DNA of 64,000 bases from Thermodesulfobacteriota bacterium. Lineage in GTDB: Bacteria > Desulfobacterota > Binatia > Bin18. Under the pieces are notes generated by a model that saw only the letters and a program-made list of their open reading frames with translations, did not search any database and was not told the origin of the DNA. This document shows positions 57,344-64,000 of the stretch, piece after piece. The stretch lies in the NCBI GenBank assembly GCA_964291405.2, contig OZ219926.1:3232001-3296000 (forward strand), in the 5' to 3' direction. How positions within the stretch are numbered: position 1 is the first letter of the stretch; each line of letters opens with the position of its first letter. Position numbers and translations under genes: made by a program.

Positions 57344-58975
57344 ATGGCGAGTAAGGTAGTCCATTTACATGAGGAGTCTCGGGACGGGATTCTCAAAGGT
57401 GTAAATATTATAGCGGATGCAACGCAGGTGACCCTCGGCCCGCGAGGACGCAATGTCCTCTTAGAGAAAAGCTTTGGCGCTCCGGTTGTCACGAAAGACG
57501 GTGTGACGGTTGTCAAGGAAATTGAACTTGAAGACAAATTCGAAAATATGGGTGCCAAGATGATCCGTGAGGCCGCAACGAAAACTTCGGACGCGGCCGG
57601 GGACGGGACAACCACGGCAACTATCTTGTCCCGGGCCATCCTCACCGAAGGGCTGCGGCTCCAAGTAGCCGGATTCGACCCGATGTCACTCAAGCGTGGC
57701 ATCGATGCCGCGGTCGAAAAAGTCGTCGAGGGCGTACAAGGACAGAGCCGTAAAGTCCGCAGCAGGGAGCAGGTCGCCCAGGTCGGAACGATTGCGGCCA
57801 ATGGCGACGCCCAAATAGGCGGCAAGCTGGCCGAAGCCATGGAGCGAGTCGGCCAGGAAGGCGTGATTACCATTGAAGAGGGCAAGGGATTGGAAACCGT
57901 GCTGGACGTTGTGGAGGGGATGCAGTTTGATCGCGGTTTTCTCTCTCCGTATTTTGTGACCGACCCAGAGCGGATGGTTGCCGAGATTGAGCAGCCCTAT
58001 ATTCTCCTGCATGAGAAAAAAATATCGAATATGCAGGAACTCGTCCCTCTGCTGGAGAGAATCGCGCAGAGCGGCAGACCGTTGCTGATTATTGCTGAAG
58101 ACGTTGACGGGGAAGCCTTGGCGGCCCTGGTCGTGAACAAGATCCGAGGAACCCTGAACTGTACTGCGGTAAAGGCCCCAGGATTCGGTGATCGGCGCAA
58201 AGCCATGCTGGAGGATATAGCCATTCTGACGGGCGGACGGGTGGTTGCCGAAGAACTCGGCATGAAGCTCGAACATATTGATCTGGCAGACCTGGGGAGC
58301 TGCCAGCGCGTGATTATGGATAAGGACAACACCACCATTGTGGATGGGGCCGGCAAGAAGAAAGATATCGCCGGGCGGGCGGATCAAATTCGTGCCCAGA
58401 TTGTAGAAACCACCTCAGACTACGATCGGGAAAAACTCCAGGAACGCTTGGCCAAGCTGGCCGGTGGGGTGGCGGTGATTAAGGTCGGAGCCGCCACTGA
58501 AGTCGAGATGAAAGAACGTAAGGCCCGGGTGGACGACGCCCTGCACGCCACCAAGTCGGCGGCGGAAGAAGGGATCGTTCCCGGCGGCGGTGTTGCGCTG
58601 ATTCGGGCGCAATCCAGGCTGGATGAACTGGCGTTCAACGATGATCGGGACGCGGGGGTGCGTATCGTACGCAGAGCGATTGAAGAGCCGATTCGACAAA
58701 TCGTGCACAATGCCGGCCTGGATGCTCCAGTAGTGGTCAATCAGATCAAGAGGCAGAGCGGCGATGCGGGCTTTAACGCAGCATCGGGCGAGTATGAGAA
58801 TTTGTTCAAAGCCGGTGTAATTGATTCCACAAAGGTTGTCCGGGTCGCCCTCCAAAATGCAGCGAGCGTGTCTGGCTTGATGTTGACCACGGAAGCGGCG
58901 GTGGCCGAGAAGCCCGAAAAGCCCCAAGCCGGACCGGATGGGCATAGCCACGACGACGATTTTGATGACTACTAA
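57344..58975 (+). CDS. groEL: Chaperonin GroEL (no adjacent groES)
   Basis: [35 protein letters not shown]. Confidence 0.97.
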   Translation: MASKVVHLHEESRDGILKGVNIIADATQVTLGPRGRNVLLEKSFGAPVVTKDGVTVVKEIELEDKFENMGAKMIREAATKTSDAAGDGTTTATILSRAILTEGLRLQVAGFDPMSLKRGIDAAVEKVVEGVQGQSRKVRSREQVAQVGTIAANGDAQIGGKLAEAMERVGQEGVITIEEGKGLETVLDVVEGMQFDRGFLSPYFVTDPERMVAEIEQPYILLHEKKISNMQELVPLLERIAQSGRPLLIIAEDVDGEALAALVVNKIRGTLNCTAVKAPGFGDRRKAMLEDIAILTGGRVVAEELGMKLEHIDLADLGSCQRVIMDKDNTTIVDGAGKKKDIAGRADQIRAQIVETTSDYDREKLQERLAKLAGGVAVIKVGAATEVEMKERKARVDDALHATKSAAEEGIVPGGGVALIRAQSRLDELAFNDDRDAGVRIVRRAIEEPIRQIVHNAGLDAPVVVNQIKRQSGDAGFNAASGEYENLFKAGVIDSTKVVRVALQNAASVSGLMLTTEAAVAEKPEKPQAGPDGHSHDDDFDDY

Positions 58976-59031
58976 GCTGGAACGCTGCCGGGAGCGGTAT
59001 TCTCTCGCCAGCTGAAAATGTCGATGCCACG

Positions 59032-59052
59032 GGGGCCGTACGGCCCCCTTTT
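59032..59052 (+). terminator. Rho-independent terminator
   Basis: GGGGCCGTACGGCCCC followed by TTTTT. Confidence 0.7.
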
Positions 59053-59125
59053 CTATGTCTTTTTGACGCTGTGCGGCCCTCGGGCGGGATAGCATTCCCG
59101 ACCGGAATCCATTACGAACGAGCGT

Positions 59126-60340
59126 ATGATTGACTTCTCCCCGCCACCGCACGTTGAGCGGACGGTACGCGATATTCACCACTTTATTGAAAACGATATT
59201 GCTCCCATCGAGCACAGTCTGGCCGACCACCTCACCAACGAGCACCTCTATCTCCGTGAAGATGGCCGGCTGGCTCCCGAAGTGCTGACCGCCCAGCAGA
59301 CGATTCGCAAACGGTCCGCGGAGCAGGGACTATACGCGCTGCATATGCCCAAAGAAGTCGGCGGCGGCGGGTTTAGTCTGACTGACATGTTTTTTGTGCA
59401 TGAAGCCGTCTATCAGCACGGCATTGGGGTCGCGCAGTGGATGTTGTCCTGGACAGAAGGACCCAATCATATGCTGATGTTTCTGACTGAGGAGCAGCAG
59501 CAGAAATACTTATTGCCCCTGGTCCGAGGCGAAACAACCGGCGCCTACGCCATCACCGAATACCGCGGTGGCTCTGACGTGCTCGGCATGCAGACCCGGG
59601 CCGAAAAACATGGAGACACTTGGGTGGTGAATGGCACCAAGGCATATATTACCAATGCGCAGTACGCCGACCTGATCTTTGTCTGTGCGCTGCACGACCC
59701 GAGCAAAGGGGGAGCCGGTGCAACGGCCTTTATCGTTGAACGCGACAACCCTGGGCTGACCAGCGGCCGGACGTATCGGACCATTATGGATGACGGCATG
59801 ACCGGTGAACTCCAGTTCGAGAACTGCCGGCTCTCAGCGGACCAGATGTGGGGGGAAGAAGGTCAGGGCTTTTACCTCAGCATGGGAATGATCAACTGGA
59901 TTCGCGTCCGGCGTGGGGGCATGTGTACCGGACTGGGACAATATCTGCTCGACCGCTGTAGCGACTATATCAAGAACCGGCGCGCGTTCGGTGGACCGCT
60001 GAGTCGGTTTCAAGCTTTACAGTGGATGGTGGTCGATTCCTATCTGGACGTCCAAGCCATGCGGAGCCTGTCGCTCCAAAGTCTGTGGCAGGCCGACCAA
60101 GGGAATTTGTGGGCACTCAAGGTCGACCCCCACCTCATCAAAACGGTGTGTGCGCTCAAAGTCTTCTGCGACGAAGCACTGTATCGTGTGGCCGATAGAG
60201 CCGTCCAACTACACGGGGCGCATGGACTGATGAAAGAGTCCGGAATCGAAAAAATATTCCGCATTGCGCGCAATCTGCGCATCCCCGGTGGCACGGATGA
60301 AATTCAGCGTGTAAACATTGCCAAGGCGTTAGGGTTGTAA
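59126..60340 (+). CDS. Acyl-CoA dehydrogenase family protein
   Basis: AITEYRGGSD, NGTKAYITNA, RRAFGGPLSRFQALQ, AVQLHGAHG, RIPGGTDEI. Confidence 0.93.
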   Translation: MIDFSPPPHVERTVRDIHHFIENDIAPIEHSLADHLTNEHLYLREDGRLAPEVLTAQQTIRKRSAEQGLYALHMPKEVGGGGFSLTDMFFVHEAVYQHGIGVAQWMLSWTEGPNHMLMFLTEEQQQKYLLPLVRGETTGAYAITEYRGGSDVLGMQTRAEKHGDTWVVNGTKAYITNAQYADLIFVCALHDPSKGGAGATAFIVERDNPGLTSGRTYRTIMDDGMTGELQFENCRLSADQMWGEEGQGFYLSMGMINWIRVRRGGMCTGLGQYLLDRCSDYIKNRRAFGGPLSRFQALQWMVVDSYLDVQAMRSLSLQSLWQADQGNLWALKVDPHLIKTVCALKVFCDEALYRVADRAVQLHGAHGLMKESGIEKIFRIARNLRIPGGTDEIQRVNIAKALGL

Positions 60341-60435
60341 CCGTCCTGCGCCATGTTCCCTCGCATCCCCTCGCATTCTGGCGTTGGCGTACGCTCTCTT
60401 GACCCAGTGTTGCCCGCCCCGGATACTGCGGTTCA

Positions 60436-61740
60436 ATGCGTGTCATTGACCCGGTGAAGTTTCCATCCGATATCGTGCCGGCCGACCAGTCGCAATTCTT
60501 TTACGGCTGGGTGATTGTCGGCTGTTCCTTCACGGTGTTGTCCGCCGCGTACGGGATTCAGTTTTCTTATGGGGTGTTCATGCCGGAAATTTCGGCGGAG
60601 ATGGGCTGGGGACGGACGAGTTTATCCCTCGCCTATTCGGTGTACGTGTTTGTGTATAGTGCCCTCGGGATTGTGGCTGGCGTATATACGGACCGCTGGG
60701 GTCCGCGTCTTGTGGTGGGAGTCGGTGGCGTCTTGTTGGGGAGCGGAGTCATGCTGCTGAGTCAGATTCATGCCCTGTGGCAACTCTACCTCTTTCTCGG
60801 CGGTATTGCCGCCCTCGGCATGAGTGCTGCCTTTGTGCCGTGTAACGCGACCGTGGTACGTTGGTTTATCCGGCGGCGCGGTCTCGCCCTCAGCATGAGC
60901 ACCAGTGGGTCCAGCTTTGGGAATTTCTTCATTCCGCCGCTAGCCGCACTCCTCATTACGACCTATGGCTGGCGGACCTCCTATCTGCTTCTTGGCCTGG
61001 GTGGGCTGGTGATTATTACGCTGTGCGCGCGCTTCATCGTCCGTGACCCCGAACGTTTGGGTCTCCGCCCGGACGGTATCCAGCCCGTTTTATTATCAGC
61101 AGAGGCGCTCTCCGGCCCGCGCGTCTCTCACAACCGGCGCGATGCATGGACCCTCGCGTCCGCTCGTCGGACGGTTTCCTTCTGGATGCTGGTTGCCGTT
61201 TTTACGATGACTTGGCTGGTTGTGTTCATGCCGCTAGTCCATATTGTGCCTTTTGCCATAGACCTGGGCGTATCGCAGGTGACCGCTGCCACGTTGATTA
61301 GCGTGATTGGCTTGGCCGGTTTCTCCGGTCGCCTGATTACCGGCCCGCTGTCCGACCGTTACGGCCGCCTGCTGACCTTAGGTACCTGTCTGACTTTGGA
61401 AGCCGTGGCGTTCTTTGGTCTAGCAGTCAGTTCCGACCTCTCCTTGCTCTACCTGTCGGCAGCGCTGTTCGGTCTTTCGTATGGTGGGACTACCGCCCTG
61501 TTCCCGGCAATCGTCGGCGACTTCTACGGACGGCTGGCGGTTGGGGCGATCGTTGGTTTCATTTTTTCTCTCGCTGGTTCCATGGCGGCCTTCGGTCCCA
61601 TGGCCGCAGGCTATCTATATGATGTATACGGGAGTTACGACCTCGCCTTTCTGATGAGTGCGTTCTTCAATCTTTTTAGCGTAATGTTGTTATGTTTTGT
61701 GAAGAAACCGGCGGCGCTCCCCCCTAGGCTAGCCGGATAA
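60436..61740 (+). CDS. MFS transporter (MCT/OFA-like)
   Basis: FYGWVIV, DRWGPR, RWFIRRRGLA; multiple TM segments. Confidence 0.9.
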   Translation: MRVIDPVKFPSDIVPADQSQFFYGWVIVGCSFTVLSAAYGIQFSYGVFMPEISAEMGWGRTSLSLAYSVYVFVYSALGIVAGVYTDRWGPRLVVGVGGVLLGSGVMLLSQIHALWQLYLFLGGIAALGMSAAFVPCNATVVRWFIRRRGLALSMSTSGSSFGNFFIPPLAALLITTYGWRTSYLLLGLGGLVIITLCARFIVRDPERLGLRPDGIQPVLLSAEALSGPRVSHNRRDAWTLASARRTVSFWMLVAVFTMTWLVVFMPLVHIVPFAIDLGVSQVTAATLISVIGLAGFSGRLITGPLSDRYGRLLTLGTCLTLEAVAFFGLAVSSDLSLLYLSAALFGLSYGGTTALFPAIVGDFYGRLAVGAIVGFIFSLAGSMAAFGPMAAGYLYDVYGSYDLAFLMSAFFNLFSVMLLCFVKKPAALPPRLAG

Positions 61741-61752
61741 TCAGGAGGTATT

Positions 61753-62556
61753 ATGCCCTCTACACGGGTCAATGGTGTCAACTTAGCCTATGAACTGCAC
61801 GGGACAGGCGAACCGCTTGTGCTCATCCACGGGGCACAGAGCGACCGCAGCATTTTTGCCAATCTGCTGCCGGATTTCGTGGATCAATTCCAGGTCCTCG
61901 TCTTCGACCAACGCGGCTCCGGCCAGAGCGAAAAGCCGGACGTCGAATATACGATCGGCATGATTGCCGATGATACCGCCGCGCTCATGGAGCATGCTGG
62001 CTTCTCGTCTGCGCATGTGTATGGCGTCTCAATGGGGGGGATGATTGCCCAGGAGCTGGCTATTCGGCACGGGGCTGTTGTCCGCTCTCTGGTGTTGGGC
62101 TGCACCACCCCCGGTGGCTCGCAAGCCGTTAGTCTGGAGGGCGAGGCTATCCAGAATTCCCATTCAACCGCCCCGCTCTCCGCGGAAGAGCGCGGTCGGG
62201 CGCTGGCCGAAACCGCCTTTACCACAGGCTATATCGAACAGCATCCTGAGCTGATCCCGGCACTGATTGAAGCCCGCAAAAAACAGCCCCTCGACCCCAT
62301 TGGTTTTGCTCACAGAATGAAAGCTGCTTATCGGCATAATACGTTCGACCGGCTCTCCCAGATTACCTGCCCGACCTTGGTCATTACGGGAAAGAACGAT
62401 GCCCTGATCGCCTGGGAGAATTCACAACTCCTGGCGGACCATATTGACGACTCCGAACTCGTGATCCTGGAACCGGCCGGTCATGTGTTTTGGGTCGAAC
62501 AACCGGCACGGTCGAGAGAAGCGATCCGTACATTTTTGCAGAAACAGAAAGGCTAA
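61753..62556 (+). CDS. Alpha/beta fold hydrolase
   Basis: LIHG, FDQRGSG, GVSMGG, AGH. Confidence 0.92.
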   Translation: MPSTRVNGVNLAYELHGTGEPLVLIHGAQSDRSIFANLLPDFVDQFQVLVFDQRGSGQSEKPDVEYTIGMIADDTAALMEHAGFSSAHVYGVSMGGMIAQELAIRHGAVVRSLVLGCTTPGGSQAVSLEGEAIQNSHSTAPLSAEERGRALAETAFTTGYIEQHPELIPALIEARKKQPLDPIGFAHRMKAAYRHNTFDRLSQITCPTLVITGKNDALIAWENSQLLADHIDDSELVILEPAGHVFWVEQPARSREAIRTFLQKQKG

Positions 62557-62565
62557 GGAGCAGTT

Positions 62566-63597
62566 ATGCCCAACAAAGAAATAACAAAAAATAGCCAGGC
62601 CCGGATGATACGAAGCTGGATGCTCGGCCTGCACGCGACGCATATTACCGATATCGGTGGGCGACTGGGCTATTTCGCTGAGATGCGGCGACGCGGCGGC
62701 ACAGTCTCGGCCGAAGCCTTAGCCGCGGCCCTGAAACTCGATCCCTGGCGGACAAAGGTCTGGTGTCAGGCCGCGTGTGCCGTGGGTATACTCCAAGCTG
62801 ACGGCGATACGCAGTTTACCTTTGCTCCGTTTATGGACGAACTGCTTGGCGACGGTGCTCCCGAGTTGCTGACCAGCCATGTCCTGGCCAGCCTGTCGCG
62901 GGACTTTCCGGCCTATCCCGATGCCTTTCGGACCGGGGCGCTAAAAACCTTTCACGACCACGATGAAGATTTCTTTCACCAGCAGGGCAAAGTCTCGGCC
63001 TTGCGGGCACCGGTCGTGGTAGCGGCGGCTCGCAAACTGCCCGGTATGGAAGCGCGACTCGCGGCTGGTGGGAGGGTCATGGATATCGGCTCCGGGAGTG
63101 GAACCGTGATCGCGCGCTTTGCCCAGGAATTCGCAAACTGCCGCGTGACCGGCATCGAGCCTCTGCCCTATTTTGTACAAGCCTCCCGGAAGATGCTTCA
63201 GGAGCAAGGGCTCAGCGGCCGGGTAGACGTGCGTTCAGTCGGTGGGGAAGCCCTGTCCTTTGAGAACGAGTGTGATCTCATTACCATGGTCCAGGTCTTT
63301 CACGAGCTTCCCGACGCAAAAAAAGCTGACATCCTGCGTGGCTGCCAGCGTGCGCTCAAGCCCGGAGGTAGCCTGCTACTGGTCGATCGGTGTGCCCCGG
63401 AAACGGGAGCCGATCTCCACGACCGCCGCTTTACCATGAGTATTCTGGAGCAGTGGTTCGAGGTCACCTGGGGAAATATCGTCAACACCCGGAGTGATAT
63501 TCTCGCCATGCTGCACGAGACCGGCTTCCGCGTCTCCCAAGAGAATCCGGATATCGTGCCGACGTATTGGACGTTTGTCGCTCAGAAGCACGCCTAA
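62566..63597 (+). CDS. Class I SAM-dependent methyltransferase with N-terminal wHTH-like region
   Basis: VMDIGSGSG, ALKPGG. Confidence 0.85.
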   Translation: MPNKEITKNSQARMIRSWMLGLHATHITDIGGRLGYFAEMRRRGGTVSAEALAAALKLDPWRTKVWCQAACAVGILQADGDTQFTFAPFMDELLGDGAPELLTSHVLASLSRDFPAYPDAFRTGALKTFHDHDEDFFHQQGKVSALRAPVVVAAARKLPGMEARLAAGGRVMDIGSGSGTVIARFAQEFANCRVTGIEPLPYFVQASRKMLQEQGLSGRVDVRSVGGEALSFENECDLITMVQVFHELPDAKKADILRGCQRALKPGGSLLLVDRCAPETGADLHDRRFTMSILEQWFEVTWGNIVNTRSDILAMLHETGFRVSQENPDIVPTYWTFVAQKHA

Positions 63598-63616
63598 GAC
63601 TGGAACGGAGCGGATT

Positions 63617-64000
63617 ATGAATCGATCAGGCCTCGTCCTCTACCACGGCATCGAAAGCGGCCCTGAACTGAAGCAATACGGGCAGATTGCAGAAAACGCC
63701 GGCTATGAGTCCCTGTGGGTCACGGAGCGCTACTTCCACGAAGAGATATTCTCTCTGCTTGGCTATCTCGGGGCGGCGACCGAGCGGATCAAGCTCGGCG
63801 TGGGTGTCACAAACCCGTACACGCGCAATCCTGCCTTACTCGCCATGGCAACGGCCACGCTGGACCGGCTGACAGGCGGCCGCTTCGTGTTGGGAATGGG
63901 TCGCAGCGAACGCGAGGTGATCCAAGGCAAGATGGGTATGGACTACGGCAATGCCCAAGCGGCCATGCGGGGTAGCGTCTCCCTGCTGAGACGGTTGCTG
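63617..64000 (+). CDS. LLM-class (Mer-like) flavin/F420-dependent oxidoreductase, partial
   Basis: Manual translation MNRSGLVL...GYESLWVTE...ATERIKLGVGVTNPYTRNPALLAMATATLDRLTGGRFVLGMG. Confidence 0.88.
   Translation, partial: MNRSGLVLYHGIESGPELKQYGQIAENAGYESLWVTERYFHEEIFSLLGYLGAATERIKLGVGVTNPYTRNPALLAMATATLDRLTGGRFVLGMGRSEREVIQGKMGMDYGNAQAAMRGSVSLLRRLL

Overview
A roughly 57-60% GC bacterial chromosomal window. Gene content (four LLM-class flavin oxidoreductases, amidohydrolases, CoA transferase, DUF1329/DUF1302, Sel1/TPR proteins) and the ispE-tRNA-Gln-prs-rplY-pth-rpsF and thrS...ihfA-merR gene order suggest a deltaproteobacteria-like lineage such as Binatia or Tectomicrobia; this is inference only. 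1-41 kb and 59-64 kb are accessory catabolic and envelope genes; 41-59 kb is core translation and housekeeping. Most notable: (1) a lower-GC islet at 9.8-12.9 kb with a structured MITE (23-bp TIR, 8-bp TSD), a PLD/HKD-nuclease-like gene and a TIR-like gene, a candidate anti-phage islet; (2) a TetR-associated DUF1329x2-DUF1302 locus bracketed by three AMIN+TPR paralogues, one split by a homopolymer frameshift; (3) a covarying ~55-nt hairpin present twice in the tRNA-Val-thrS-infC-rpmI-rplT unit; (4) a Thr-rich leader ORF plus terminator before thrS (candidate attenuator), with thrS itself frameshifted; (5) pheST in its usual position but inverted and divergent-looking. Family assignments come from motif recognition, not database searches, and the two frameshifts may be assembly errors.
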